A stretch of 45,876 bases of DNA from Flavobacteriaceae bacterium (GTDB taxonomy: Bacteria > Bacteroidota > Bacteroidia > Flavobacteriales > Flavobacteriaceae). The stretch spans positions 1 to 45,876 of the forward strand of contig QXZR01000099.1 of the NCBI GenBank assembly GCA_009886265.1, in the 5' to 3' direction. The position numbers and the translations under genes are program-made. Under the pieces are notes generated by a model. That model was not told the DNA's origin, did no database searches, and saw only the letters and a list, made by a program, of their open reading frames with translations. Positions 11,057-20,780 of this stretch are shown piece by piece (position 1 is the first letter of the stretch; every line of letters begins with the position of its first letter).

Positions 11057-11629
11057 ATGTTTAACCTAAAAGAAATCGTCACCTGCACCATGGTATTGTT
11101 TGCCGTCATCGATATTGTTGGCAGCATTCCCATTGTTATTGGGCTACGCCAAAAGGTTGGCCATATTCAGTCAGAGAAAGCCTCTTTAGTTGCCGGGCTT
11201 ATTATGATTGGATTCTTGTTTTTAGGAGAACAAATTTTAAGTCTTATTGGGATTGACGTCAACTCCTTTGCAGTGGCTGGGGCACTTATCATTTTCTTTT
11301 TGGCACTGGAAATGATTTTAGGTATTCAACTCTACAAAGACGAATCTTCAGGAACGGCATCGATTGTACCCATTGCATTTCCCATTATTGCGGGTGCGGG
11401 AACGCTGACTTCGATCCTTTCGCTACGTGCAGAATACGACCTCGCTAATCTCATAATTGCTATTGTAATCAATATTTTCATTGTTTACATCGTATTGAAA
11501 TCCTCCAAACGTATTGAACGGGTGTTGGGCCCATCTGGTATTGGGGTGATCCGTAAAATATTTGGAGTGGTGCTTATGGCAATTGCCGTAAAGTTATTTG
11601 CTGGAAATGTTCAACAATTATTTATCTAA
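11057..11629 (+). CDS. MarC-family (UPF0056) integral membrane protein
   Basis: 190 aa, six predicted TM helices, with FAVIDIVGSIPI and AFPIIAGAGT motifs of the MarC family. Confidence 0.75.
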   Translation: MFNLKEIVTCTMVLFAVIDIVGSIPIVIGLRQKVGHIQSEKASLVAGLIMIGFLFLGEQILSLIGIDVNSFAVAGALIIFFLALEMILGIQLYKDESSGTASIVPIAFPIIAGAGTLTSILSLRAEYDLANLIIAIVINIFIVYIVLKSSKRIERVLGPSGIGVIRKIFGVVLMAIAVKLFAGNVQQLFI

Positions 11630-11731
11630 TGAAACCGACATGTTAAAAATACCTATTAACATAAAAAGGAATGATTATTTTTTAACATCAAAGGTTACAT
11701 GTGACCATTGAAAAACAACAATTATAAACAC

Positions 11732-11929
11732 ATGAAAGTACTTATATATATCTTTTTAGCTCTGGCCGCTGGCTTGCTTATTTTTAATTTATTCTATATT
11801 GATTTTGAAGAGCCTTTGGAAGGTGAAAGTTTTGCCGCTGTGGTGGGTGTTGGTGCAAGTCTCTGTGCCATTATCTTACTTACTATCCTAAAAATAGCCC
11901 TTAAGATTAAAGAAAAAATGAAGGGTTAG
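11732..11929 (+). CDS. Small two-TM membrane protein, hypothetical
   Basis: The ORF track starts at TTG 11708. ATG 11732 gives MKVLIYIFLALAAGLLIF... with two hydrophobic helices. No family recognised. Confidence 0.45.
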   Translation: MKVLIYIFLALAAGLLIFNLFYIDFEEPLEGESFAAVVGVGASLCAIILLTILKIALKIKEKMKG

Positions 11930-12357
11930 TCTTGAGATAAGGCAACTACTGCTACGCCTGCGCGTTCTAAAAACTCAATACCAGAAATGTCTTTGTATGC
12001 CCTTGCATACACCACTCTTTTGATGCCTGCTTGATGGATAAGCTTGCTGCATTCTTTGCAAGGCGATAAGGTAATATATAAGGTAGCACCAGCACAAGAT
12101 TGCGTAGAAGAAGCAACTTTCATAATCGCGTTCGCCTCGGCGTGTAACACATACCATTTGGTGTAGTGTTCTTCATCCTCACAAGCATTTTCAAAGCCAG
12201 TAGGCGTTCCGTTATAACCGTCGGAGATAATCATGCGGTCTTTGACAATAAGCGAACCTACTTGCTTGCGTTGACAATGCGATAGCTTGGCCCACTCCAT
12301 AGCCATGCGCATATAGGCCGTATCGTAGCGCAATTGTTTCTTTTCGGCTTTGGTCAT
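11926..12357 (-). CDS. Deoxycytidylate (dCMP) deaminase
   Basis: 143 aa with HAEANAI and PCKECSKLI zinc-binding motifs of the cytidine/dCMP deaminase fold. Confidence 0.9.
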   Translation of the reverse strand: MTKAEKKQLRYDTAYMRMAMEWAKLSHCQRKQVGSLIVKDRMIISDGYNGTPTGFENACEDEEHYTKWYVLHAEANAIMKVASSTQSCAGATLYITLSPCKECSKLIHQAGIKRVVYARAYKDISGIEFLERAGVAVVALSQD

Positions 12358-12935
12358 AGTGCTTTGGTTGCAGTGATTAAAACAGGCACTAAAATACCGA
12401 TAATTATACTACTGCCTACCAAAAGGCGGTCTCGTTTTGAGACCCTAAAGACATTGCTCAAAATGCTGTTGACAACAATAACCAACGCTACAACAAGCAG
12501 CTGTGCCAGCTCAATGCCTAGGGTAAAATACAACAGTGGAAGACCTATTGATTTTTGCGGAAAAACCATGGAAAAATAGCCGGAAAAACCAAGCCCGTGG
12601 ATGATGCCAAAGAAGGCCGCAAGAACAAAAAATGGCAGCGATGGTTTGCGATCCAAGCTGTTATTCCAGTACAAGGTGTGTAGGGCAGTGAGCAGAATCG
12701 TAATGGGAATCAAAAACTCAATCCAGTTGGAAGAAAAACGAATAATTCCGGCCGATGCAGCCCATAGGGATAGGGTATGACCAATGGTAAATGCTGTTAC
12801 CAGCAAAAGCAACAACCGCATTTGCTTAAAGACAAATGGCAGCGACATGGCCACCAAAAACAGCAAATGGTCATAAGCGTTGATGTCTAAAATATGCTCA
12901 AAGCCCAGTCGTAAATAAAATATAAAATCGTTCAT
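12354..12935 (-). CDS. HupE/UreJ-family membrane protein
   Basis: 193 aa polytopic membrane protein. GFEHILDINAYDHLLFL and GHTLS motifs resemble HupE/UreJ. Has a 4-nt start/stop overlap with the deaminase gene. Confidence 0.7.
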   Translation of the reverse strand: MNDFIFYLRLGFEHILDINAYDHLLFLVAMSLPFVFKQMRLLLLLVTAFTIGHTLSLWAASAGIIRFSSNWIEFLIPITILLTALHTLYWNNSLDRKPSLPFFVLAAFFGIIHGLGFSGYFSMVFPQKSIGLPLLYFTLGIELAQLLVVALVIVVNSILSNVFRVSKRDRLLVGSSIIIGILVPVLITATKAL

Positions 12936-12941
12936 GATGTG

Positions 12942-13673
12942 CTAAAATCCACGTTCGTTTTTAATGTCTTCATATGCTTTTTGAATGCGTTGAAACTTTT
13001 CTTTTGCAGCCCCCTCAGCAGCTTGTCCCAAGTTACGAACTTTATCTGGATGGTGCTTTTTAACCAAGTTTCTATATGCCTTTTTGATGTCGTTGTCCGT
13101 AGCGGTTTTGGGCACTTCCAATATGGTGTATGCGCTGTCTGTTTGGGCAACAAACATGGCCTTGATGCTGTTGTAGTCTAGGGTGCTTATGCGCATATAG
13201 CCCGCAATCTCCAAAAGCTTTTCAAGTTCTGGTGGCGAAACACGGCCGTCGGCTTTGGCAATGCGAAATAAGAAGTCGAGCATCTGTAAACGGACGCCGT
13301 ATTGCGTCCTACTGGCAAGAAACTGCCCGATTTCTACAGCAGAGATCCCCGATTGTTTGAACTCCGCATTATAGACGTGGAAAATTTGATTGGCGCGCTC
13401 CTTGCCAAAGAATTGAACAAACTGTGCCCGCACATAATCCAATTCGGATTGACTTGTTTTGCCGTCGGCTCTAATCACCATGCTGGCCAATGCCAATAGG
13501 CGCAACTCAAAGTCTTGCTGAGAAACACGTGCGGTTTGAAAAGAGGTAGTGAACTTGGCGCGTGTATTTGTTTCAAAAAGACTTCCCAAGAAAAAGCCTA
13601 ACAAGGCTCCAGGAAACCGAAAGATCATATAGCCAATAAATGCAAATAGCCAACGCACGCTGCAAAAATACAA
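12942..13673 (-). CDS. DjlA-like co-chaperone (N-terminal membrane anchor, TerB-like domain, C-terminal J-domain)
   Basis: C-terminal J-domain ([31 protein letters not shown]) preceded by tandem ADG..S..E repeats typical of TerB. The start is uncertain (TTG 13673 or ATG 13628). Confidence 0.8.
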   Translation of the reverse strand: MYFCSVRWLFAFIGYMIFRFPGALLGFFLGSLFETNTRAKFTTSFQTARVSQQDFELRLLALASMVIRADGKTSQSELDYVRAQFVQFFGKERANQIFHVYNAEFKQSGISAVEIGQFLASRTQYGVRLQMLDFLFRIAKADGRVSPPELEKLLEIAGYMRISTLDYNSIKAMFVAQTDSAYTILEVPKTATDNDIKKAYRNLVKKHHPDKVRNLGQAAEGAAKEKFQRIQKAYEDIKNERGF

Positions 13674-13728
13674 ATGAAAATAAGGTATACCCCATTTTTA
13701 TCATCTTATATTGTGCTACATTTACCTC

Positions 13729-14247
13729 ATGCGATTTCCAGAAGCCAAACGTTTTGAAAAAACACGCTCTTTTGTGCAAAAGCACTTAGAGGGCGGTACT
13801 AAAATTTTAGACTTGGGTACTCCCAATGACCTATCTAAATTTATTGCCTCTTCTGGGTACAAGGTTCAAAACACAAAAGGGGGAAATCTCGACACAGACT
13901 TTCATCCATATATAGATACGGGTGTGGATTGCGTTACTGCTTTTGAAATATTTGAACATATGTTGGCGCCATTTAATATCCTTAGTCAACTTAAAACCCC
14001 CAAGCTCATTGCATCTGTCCCGCTTAAACTTTGGTTTGCTTCTGCCTATTGGAACTCAAAAGACGATTGGGACAAACACTATCACGAGTTCGAGCAAAAG
14101 CAATTTGATTTTTTGCTGGAAAAAAGTGGGTGGGTTGTCAAAGACAGCCTCATTTGGGCTTCGCCTGACCCTAAAAAAATTGGGCTAAGGCCTCTATTGC
14201 GATATTTTACACCCCGCTACTATATGGTCTATTGCGAACGTGCCTAA
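13729..14247 (+). CDS. Class I SAM-dependent methyltransferase (small)
   Basis: Motif I-like ILDLGTPND and FEIFEHM. ATG 13729 is preferred over the TTG 13711 start in the ORF track. Confidence 0.6.
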   Translation: MRFPEAKRFEKTRSFVQKHLEGGTKILDLGTPNDLSKFIASSGYKVQNTKGGNLDTDFHPYIDTGVDCVTAFEIFEHMLAPFNILSQLKTPKLIASVPLKLWFASAYWNSKDDWDKHYHEFEQKQFDFLLEKSGWVVKDSLIWASPDPKKIGLRPLLRYFTPRYYMVYCERA

Positions 14248-14264
14248 ATATCCAGCAGCTTCCT

Positions 14265-14272
14265 TATCTTTG
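14265..14272 (+). promoter_or_regulatory. Bacteroidota -7 promoter motif upstream of the bacilliredoxin gene
   Basis: Exact TATCTTTG, 19 nt upstream of ATG 14291. Confidence 0.45.
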
Positions 14273-14290
14273 TGCTCTAAATAATGTGCT

Positions 14291-14701
14291 ATGTATCCTG
14301 CTGAAATTGTTAAACCCATGCGCGACGAACTTACTGCGGTAGGTTTTGACCAATGTACTACTCCAGAAAGTGTTGCTTCGGCAATAAATCAAAAAGGCAC
14401 TACACTCGTAGTAGTGAACTCTGTTTGTGGCTGTGCTGCTGCCAACGCTCGCCCAGGCGTGCGTATGTCGCTAGACAATGACAAAACACCCGCACAACTC
14501 GTTACGGTATTTGCCGGTGTAGACAAAGAAGCTACTGCAGAAGCAAGAGGTCTTATGGTGCCCTTTCCTCCTTCATCTCCCAGTATTGCGCTGTTCAATA
14601 ACGGAGAATTGGTACATATGCTCGAAAGACATCACATTGAAGGCAGACCTGCTGACGCTATCGCAGAAAACCTAAAAGAAGCGTACAACGCGTACTGCTA
14701 A
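14291..14701 (+). CDS. BrxA/BrxB-family bacilliredoxin (YphP/YqiW, DUF1094)
   Basis: 136 aa. VVNSVCGCAAANARP carries the CGC active site of the bacilliredoxin family. Confidence 0.8.
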   Translation: MYPAEIVKPMRDELTAVGFDQCTTPESVASAINQKGTTLVVVNSVCGCAAANARPGVRMSLDNDKTPAQLVTVFAGVDKEATAEARGLMVPFPPSSPSIALFNNGELVHMLERHHIEGRPADAIAENLKEAYNAYC

Positions 14702-14710
14702 AACACACCA

Positions 14711-15445
14711 ATGGCTAAGCTAATATCCTATCCGCTTAGCGTGTTATACTACCTCTTATTTGGGTTTACCCTCATATTTTTTGATGGTATTCAACGTATC
14801 TGCTATTTTGTTATTGGCTTTAAGGCGCACCGTGCGAGCATCATTATACTTAACTTATTGTTGCTGCGCTGTCTCAACATTCTAGGAAACCGTTTTGTTT
14901 TTGAGTGCCCTTTTACATTAGAAAAAAACCAGTCGTATATTTTTGTTGCCAACCACCAAAGCACCTATGACATACCACCACTTATTTGGTATTTGCGAAA
15001 GGCCTATCCAAAGTTTGTGGGCAAAAAAGAATTGGGCAAAGGGATTCCGAGTATTTCGTTTAATCTGAGGAACGGTAGTGCTGTGCTCATTGATCGAAAA
15101 AACCCCAAGCAAGCACTGCATGACATCAAAGCCTTTGGAGAGAAACTAGCGGAAACGAACGGCAGTATAGTGATTTTCCCTGAGGGTACGCGAAGCAATA
15201 GCGCCAAGCCAAGAGCCTTCCGACTGGGTGGATTGAAACAATTGATTGATGCCATGCCTGAGGCAAAGCTGGTAGGCATTACCATCAATAATTCCTGGAA
15301 GCTTTCACGCTATGGCTATTTCCCAATGGGTGCTGGTGCTAAAATTAAGCTTAAGATGCATACGCCTGTGGATTGCCCAAGGGATAACGTAATGGAGACC
15401 CTTCAGCAGTTAGAAAAAACCATTACCGCTGATATCAATTCCTAA
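14711..15445 (+). CDS. plsC: 1-acyl-sn-glycerol-3-phosphate acyltransferase
   Basis: 244 aa with the NHQSTYD (HX4D) and FPEGTR acyltransferase motifs and an N-terminal TM segment. Confidence 0.85.
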   Translation: MAKLISYPLSVLYYLLFGFTLIFFDGIQRICYFVIGFKAHRASIIILNLLLLRCLNILGNRFVFECPFTLEKNQSYIFVANHQSTYDIPPLIWYLRKAYPKFVGKKELGKGIPSISFNLRNGSAVLIDRKNPKQALHDIKAFGEKLAETNGSIVIFPEGTRSNSAKPRAFRLGGLKQLIDAMPEAKLVGITINNSWKLSRYGYFPMGAGAKIKLKMHTPVDCPRDNVMETLQQLEKTITADINS

Positions 15446-16881
15446 TCAACGCTTGGGATGCGAAGTTCAAAACGCGTAAGTGCATCAGGTGTAGAATCAA
15501 AAACGACGGAACCATCGTAAGTTTCAACAATAGATTTCACCATACTCAAACCCAAGCCCATACCACTCGTTTTTGTGGTAAAGGTTGGTTCAAAAATCCG
15601 GTCATGTAGGTCTTTTGGAATTCCCTTGCCATTATCCTCAACAGCCAATACAATTGCTTTATTTTCTGTGGTAATCGTCACGTGAATCTGAGGCTGCTTA
15701 ACTTCTTCACATGCCTGTATGGCGTTGTTTATGAGGTTATTGATGATCCGCACCAACTGGGTGGCATCAAAGTGGGCATATATGTCGGCAACTGCCTGAA
15801 AAGAAATGGGGGCGTCTGCATAGAGCTCCAAAGCACGTCCCACAACTTCCTTAACATTGATACGTTCTGACTGACCTGTTGGCATGGTTGCAAACTGTGA
15901 AAATGTTGATGCAATGGCACTCATGGTATCAATTTGCTGAATAAGTGATTGGCTAAACTCGTGGACCTTTTCATTCCATTCAGAATCACCTTTTGCCACT
16001 TGTTGTTCAAAATGCTGAATGCTTAGTCGCATAGGTGTCAAAGGGTTTTTGATTTCATGTGCCACTTGTTTGGCCATTTCACGCCAAGCTACTTCCCTTT
16101 GGGATTTGGCGAGCTTGACCGCACTGGCTTCAAGCTCATCGACCATGTGATTGTAGGCCGATACGAGCGCAGAGATTTCGCGGCTGGCCTTGGTCAATTC
16201 TATTTTGTTATTCGTTTTGGAAAGTTTGGTTTGATTGAGTTTAATGCTGATGGTTTCCAAATGACGTGTAATATAGGAAGAGACAAAAAACGCCAATATG
16301 ATGGCAATAATCAACATGATCACATATACTTGAACCAAACGAATCAAAAAGGCATTGAGCTCCATTGAACTAAGCGAATCGTCGTCAAAATAAGGCACGT
16401 TAACAATGGTCAATGGTTGGTCGTCCAAATCATATATGTAAGAAAATGAGGAGCGTGTTGTTACGCCATCGGTTGTACTCACATCTATTAGCCTTTCCCC
16501 GGTATTGGGTTGCAGTCGTTCTAAAATCGCAGCTGAAAGTGTTTGCGAGGGGATCGATTCCATCAGTTGAGAAGAACAAAGTAAATCGCCAGACAGGCTG
16601 TAAAGCCTAAAGTTAATGTTTAGAACATCTGCTGTTTCCTTTAGGTGTGGCTGAAAAACCGCCGCAATGTTTGCTGCCTCCACATCAAATGGCGTGCTTT
16701 CCAAAAGATACTTGAGTCGCTTTTTAAGTTGATTCTCTTTGCGCTCCAAACGCTGTTCGTGATAGGTGTTGGACTGCTCGCTATACTGCACTATGGTAAC
16801 CCCTGCAATTAATAGCGAAGCCACCATTACCAAAAAAATAAGGGCTATAAAAATCCGAGCGCGAAGAGATGGCAACCGCAT
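15442..16881 (-). CDS. NtrY-like sensor histidine kinase (no cognate response regulator in the window)
   Basis: 479 aa. Two TM helices flank a ~140-aa extracytoplasmic segment. H-box VAHEIKNPLTPM, N-box NNLINNAIQA, G-boxes EDNGKGIP and GMGLGLSMV. Confidence 0.9.
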   Translation of the reverse strand: MRLPSLRARIFIALIFLVMVASLLIAGVTIVQYSEQSNTYHEQRLERKENQLKKRLKYLLESTPFDVEAANIAAVFQPHLKETADVLNINFRLYSLSGDLLCSSQLMESIPSQTLSAAILERLQPNTGERLIDVSTTDGVTTRSSFSYIYDLDDQPLTIVNVPYFDDDSLSSMELNAFLIRLVQVYVIMLIIAIILAFFVSSYITRHLETISIKLNQTKLSKTNNKIELTKASREISALVSAYNHMVDELEASAVKLAKSQREVAWREMAKQVAHEIKNPLTPMRLSIQHFEQQVAKGDSEWNEKVHEFSQSLIQQIDTMSAIASTFSQFATMPTGQSERINVKEVVGRALELYADAPISFQAVADIYAHFDATQLVRIINNLINNAIQACEEVKQPQIHVTITTENKAIVLAVEDNGKGIPKDLHDRIFEPTFTTKTSGMGLGLSMVKSIVETYDGSVVFDSTPDALTRFELRIPSVD

Positions 16882-16884
16882 ATA

Positions 16885-17487
16885 CTACCCGTTTTTATTG
16901 CGATGACGTTTGTATAGACGAATGCCGAGCATTAGTAAAAAAGCCAAGCCAAAAAGACCTAATAAGCCAAAAATCCAATGGATGCTGTCTTTGAGTATGG
17001 CTAAAAATATCACGGCAAATAAAATAAGTGTTGCGCCTTCATTCCAAATGCGAAAAAAACGGGCGCTACGGTGACAATTTCCTTGTAAAAACGCCTTGTA
17101 AAAACGGTGGGTTTTTATGTGGTATAAAACCAAAAGTCCCACAAAAACCAGCTTGACCAACATCCACGATTTCCCCAATAAAAAGGGGTTTGTCCAAAGC
17201 ATCCAAAGCCCGAAAATAAGTCCTAAAATAGCAGAAGGAACAGTTATGATTTGCCACAATCGTCGCATCATCAATTGTAACTGAGGTATGATAATGTCAG
17301 ACTCCGCTTGCGGGCGGTCAGCAGCTTCAACAAGGTATACCATAAGCCGTGGCATGTAGAACAACCCAGCAAAGTAGGTGATCACAAAAATCAGATGAAG
17401 TGCTTTTATGTATAGATAATAATCCACGCCTATGTATTGTTCTAAAGGTACGCCTTTTTCAAAACTAAGAAGCTGTTGCCCATTCAT
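16885..17487 (-). CDS. hemJ: Protoporphyrinogen IX oxidase, HemJ type
   Basis: YLYIKALHLIFVITYFAGLFYMPRLMVY is the HemJ/UPF0093 signature, with four further TM helices. The start is ambiguous: ATG 17508, ATG 17487 or GTG 17427. The last would remove the overlap with hemH. Confidence 0.8.
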   Translation of the reverse strand: MNGQQLLSFEKGVPLEQYIGVDYYLYIKALHLIFVITYFAGLFYMPRLMVYLVEAADRPQAESDIIIPQLQLMMRRLWQIITVPSAILGLIFGLWMLWTNPFLLGKSWMLVKLVFVGLLVLYHIKTHRFYKAFLQGNCHRSARFFRIWNEGATLILFAVIFLAILKDSIHWIFGLLGLFGLAFLLMLGIRLYKRHRNKNG

Positions 17488-18484
17488 CAATCCAGCGGCT
17501 GAGTACATTTACCCAGTCGTCCCGGTCGTTGATGCAAGGAACCACATGCATTTCGTCGCCCCCTTTTTCTTCAAAATCTTCTTTGGCTTCCATGCCTATT
17601 TCTTCTAGTGTTTCTAGGCAATCTGAAATAAACGCAGGGGTCACAACCGCCAACTTCTTGGTGCCTGTTTTGGCAAATTCCTCAACTGTTTTGTCTGTAT
17701 AAGGTCGCAACCACTTATCGCCCGCCAAACGTGACTGAAATGAAGTTGAAAAGCTTCCCGGTCGTAGCTCTAGATATTCCGCAACCTGCTTGGTGGTTTC
17801 ATAACATTGATGACGGTAGCAATAGGTGTGTGCATCAGACGGTGTTTGACAACAACTGCCATCAATCTTACAATGCGATTTGGTAATATCCGATTTGCGA
17901 ATGTGACGTTCTGGCACGCCATGGTAGGAAAACAGCAAGTGTTCCCAAGGTTTGTCTTGGAGGTGTTCTTGAATAGAATGTGATAACACCCGGATATAGT
18001 CTGCGTGATGATAAAATGCAGGTAAATGTGTAAAAGACATTTTTGGATATTGTGCAGCCCTAATTTCTTCTGCCAAAACCAAAATGGTTTCTGTAGTAGC
18101 CATGGCGTGTTGTGGGTATAGTGGTACTATCAATACCTCATCAACCCCTTTTTGGTGCAGTTCTTCCAATCCTGAAGCGATAGACGGCTGGCCATATCGC
18201 ATGGCAAGGGAAATAGGCACGGAGGTTTTTTTCGCAACCTTTTCGTGTAAGCGCTCCGACAAAACAATAAGTGGAGATCCTTCATCCCACCATATTTTTT
18301 GATAGGCCTTTGCCGATTTTTTAGGACGAGTTTTTAGGATAATCCCTTTGACCAAAAACGAGCGAAACCACTTGGGCACGTCAATCACACGCTCATCCAT
18401 TAAAAACTCTTCCAAATAAGGCTTAACGTCCTTAGGTGTAGGACTTTTGGGTGAACCTAAATTCACCAGTAGCACTCCTTTCAT
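17465..18484 (-). CDS. hemH: Ferrochelatase
   Basis: 339 aa. GVLLVNLGSP, LYPQHAMATT, LFSYHGVP and PAFISDCLETLEE motifs. Has an internal Cys-rich insert (see findings). Confidence 0.95.
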   Translation of the reverse strand: MKGVLLVNLGSPKSPTPKDVKPYLEEFLMDERVIDVPKWFRSFLVKGIILKTRPKKSAKAYQKIWWDEGSPLIVLSERLHEKVAKKTSVPISLAMRYGQPSIASGLEELHQKGVDEVLIVPLYPQHAMATTETILVLAEEIRAAQYPKMSFTHLPAFYHHADYIRVLSHSIQEHLQDKPWEHLLFSYHGVPERHIRKSDITKSHCKIDGSCCQTPSDAHTYCYRHQCYETTKQVAEYLELRPGSFSTSFQSRLAGDKWLRPYTDKTVEEFAKTGTKKLAVVTPAFISDCLETLEEIGMEAKEDFEEKGGDEMHVVPCINDRDDWVNVLSRWIDEWATAS

Positions 18485-18498
18485 AGTAACATTTTTCG

Positions 18499-19386
18499 TT
18501 ACGAAGATACAGACAAAAGGTATTTTTTTGGTGTTGTGCCAAACTTCTTTTTAAAGGCTTCAATAAAATGACTTGAATTGCTGTAACCTAGTTGAATGGC
18601 AACTTCGTTGACATTGTAAGATCCTGTACCCAAAAGTTGGCGGGCGTGATTCATTTTGTGATCCAGCACAAACTGATAGACCGTACTGCCGTAAAGTTGC
18701 TTAAATCCTTCTTTTAATTTCTTTAAGCTTAAGCCTATTTCGTTCGCCAAATCGGGCAAACTCGGTGGAGCTGACATGCGAGCAAGCATGATTTTTTTTG
18801 CGTTCCGAATTTTACGCACATTTTCCTCATCAACTAAAAATGGGCACTCGGCAATATCTGTGGCTTCAGAAGGATTAAAGTATAAGCTTAGCAGCTCATA
18901 AACTTTCCCTTTTAGATACAGCCTGCTCATCAAAGCGTTGGGTTGGTGTTGCAGAATCTGACTTAAAACAACGGCCATGGAAGGGGTAAATACGTGGTCT
19001 TTGTAATACTTTTTGTCAACGTTTTCGTCCGAAAGAAAACTAATTTGCTCGGCTTCTTGCGAAAACAGACTGTGGAATTTTTTAATTGAGATAAGCACGG
19101 TAACTAGCTGGGTGTTTACGGCAACGTCTAGCTCCATTGGCAAGTCACGCTGGGGGTTGTATAGCAACAATACGTGTTCGTCCAAAATGGGCAGGCTGTA
19201 AGTGCGTTCGTTAAAATGAAAGGTTGCACTTCCCCGAAAACAAAAGTGAAACTGAATCAAGCTGGCATCAACGTGGCGAATGACGTGTTGCTTTTTATCA
19301 GTCTCATTCTCATGGGTGAGGACGTCAAAACCAGTCTCAATGGTTTGGTCTATTTTAGGACGTAAAGCGTTATTTTCTGTAGTCAT
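18499..19386 (-). CDS. AraC-family transcriptional regulator
   Basis: C-terminal double HTH (VAIQLGYSNSSHFIEAFKKKFGTTPKKY). N-terminal ~170-aa ligand-type domain of unknown specificity. ATG 19386 (MTTENN...) is preferred over the longer track ORF. Confidence 0.85.
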   Translation of the reverse strand: MTTENNALRPKIDQTIETGFDVLTHENETDKKQHVIRHVDASLIQFHFCFRGSATFHFNERTYSLPILDEHVLLLYNPQRDLPMELDVAVNTQLVTVLISIKKFHSLFSQEAEQISFLSDENVDKKYYKDHVFTPSMAVVLSQILQHQPNALMSRLYLKGKVYELLSLYFNPSEATDIAECPFLVDEENVRKIRNAKKIMLARMSAPPSLPDLANEIGLSLKKLKEGFKQLYGSTVYQFVLDHKMNHARQLLGTGSYNVNEVAIQLGYSNSSHFIEAFKKKFGTTPKKYLLSVSS

Positions 19387-19414
19387 CTTTCCCTTTTGTT
19401 TTACTTGTGTACAA

Positions 19415-19422
19415 CAAACATA
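19415..19422 (-). promoter_or_regulatory. Bacteroidota -7 promoter motif for the AraC-hemH-hemJ-kinase transcript
   Basis: Exact TATGTTTG on the minus strand, 29 nt upstream of ATG 19386. Confidence 0.45.
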
Positions 19423-19515
19423 CAAAGAAAAAACAGCATTAACACCGTTAATACTCAAGCCCCAATAGCGTTAGAAAAAGTACTTTTAGCGGTATTTTTT
19501 GTCTTTGCTGTGCAT

Positions 19516-19523
19516 TATTTTTG
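19516..19523 (+). promoter_or_regulatory. Bacteroidota -7 promoter motif for hemACDEFB
   Basis: Exact TATTTTTG, 22 nt upstream of ATG 19545. Confidence 0.5.
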
Positions 19524-19544
19524 CTGTGCAACTAAAAACCACTT

Positions 19545-20780
19545 ATGCCGGCAACGGATACTTTTTATTGTATTGGCGTTAGTTATAAAAAAGCAGATGC
19601 GGCCCTGCGTGGTCGTTTTAGCATAACGACAAAGGCAATCCCCTTTTTGTTGGAAGACGCCAAAAACAAAGGCATCAGCTCTTTAGTCTTGAGTTCAACC
19701 TGTAACAGAACGGAGCTTTATGCGCAAGCCCCTAATCACGAAATGCTGGTTGAATTGCTTTGTCAGCATTCCGAAGGTACAATTGAAGATTTCGAAAAGG
19801 CAGGAAATACCTATGAAGGAGCCCAAGCCATTTCGCATTTGTTCCGTGTAGGAACAGGCCTTGACAGTCAAATATTAGGGGACTTTGAAATCATATCACA
19901 ACTTAAAAAGAGCTTTAAGATTTCCAAAAAAATCAACTTGCTCAGTCCTTATATGGAGCGCATGTTTAACGCTGTGCTAAACGCGAGCAAACGCATTAAA
20001 ACAGAAACAGAACTGTCTTCTGGGGCAACATCTGTCTCCTACGTCTCGGTACGCTATATGCTGGATACCATTGCCGACTTGGACAACAAAAAGATCGTGT
20101 TGTTTGGTTTGGGAAAAATTGGTCGTAACACCTGTGAAAATCTTGTGAAGCATACCAAAAACACCAGTATCACGCTTATCAATCGAACCCGTGAACGCGC
20201 AGAGCAATTGGCTGGAAAATTTGATATAGAAGTAAAAGATTATGCCGAGCTTCCCGTTGAAATACGCAAAGCCGATGTGCTTGTGGTAGCAACAGGTGCC
20301 GAAAAGCCCACTATTGCCAAGTCGCTAATACATACCGATAAGCCGTTGCTAATCCTGGACTTATCCATGCCCAAAAACGTAAACCCCAATGTGCTTGAGC
20401 TTCCAAATGTTTCGCTGCTTCACTTGGACGAACTGTCTAAAATGTCAGACAAAACGCTGTTGGAACGAAAAAAACACGTACCACACGCTAAGGAAATCAT
20501 TGCCCAATCATTGGAAGAATTTAATCAGTGGCTCGAAACCCGCAAGTTTACACCTGCACTTGTCGCTGTAAAAAAACTGATGGAAGACATTCAACTGCAA
20601 GAGTTGGAAGCCCATCGCAAAAAGAACCCCTCTGTTGATGCTGACAGCGCGTTGGCTGTTTCAGATCGTCTTATCCAAAAACTAACCAACCGAATGGCAA
20701 CACATTTACGCACGAGCGAAAACGCTGGCGAAAGTGTCAAGGCATTGAAAACACTATTCAACGTAACTGCTGATGAATAA
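19545..20780 (+). CDS. hemA: Glutamyl-tRNA reductase
   Basis: 411 aa. STCNRTELY active-site Cys motif, GLDSQILGDFEI and an NAD(P) Rossmann GLGKIG motif. Confidence 0.95.
   Translation: MPATDTFYCIGVSYKKADAALRGRFSITTKAIPFLLEDAKNKGISSLVLSSTCNRTELYAQAPNHEMLVELLCQHSEGTIEDFEKAGNTYEGAQAISHLFRVGTGLDSQILGDFEIISQLKKSFKISKKINLLSPYMERMFNAVLNASKRIKTETELSSGATSVSYVSVRYMLDTIADLDNKKIVLFGLGKIGRNTCENLVKHTKNTSITLINRTRERAEQLAGKFDIEVKDYAELPVEIRKADVLVVATGAEKPTIAKSLIHTDKPLLILDLSMPKNVNPNVLELPNVSLLHLDELSKMSDKTLLERKKHVPHAKEIIAQSLEEFNQWLETRKFTPALVAVKKLMEDIQLQELEAHRKKNPSVDADSALAVSDRLIQKLTNRMATHLRTSENAGESVKALKTLFNVTADE

Noticed and set aside
11640-11688. 10-bp inverted repeat ATGTTAAAAA ... TTTTTAACAT with a 29-nt spacer after the MarC-family gene.
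   Set aside because: It is almost pure A/T with a long loop. It could be a weak terminator, but it is not distinguishable from chance in AT-rich spacer.
13922-14188. 88-aa alternate-frame ORF inside the methyltransferase gene, and similar same-strand nested ORFs (e.g. 4696..4902, 27280..27561, 30059..30271).
   Set aside because: Each lies wholly inside a longer ORF with clear family motifs or membrane topology. There is no independent start context or motif.
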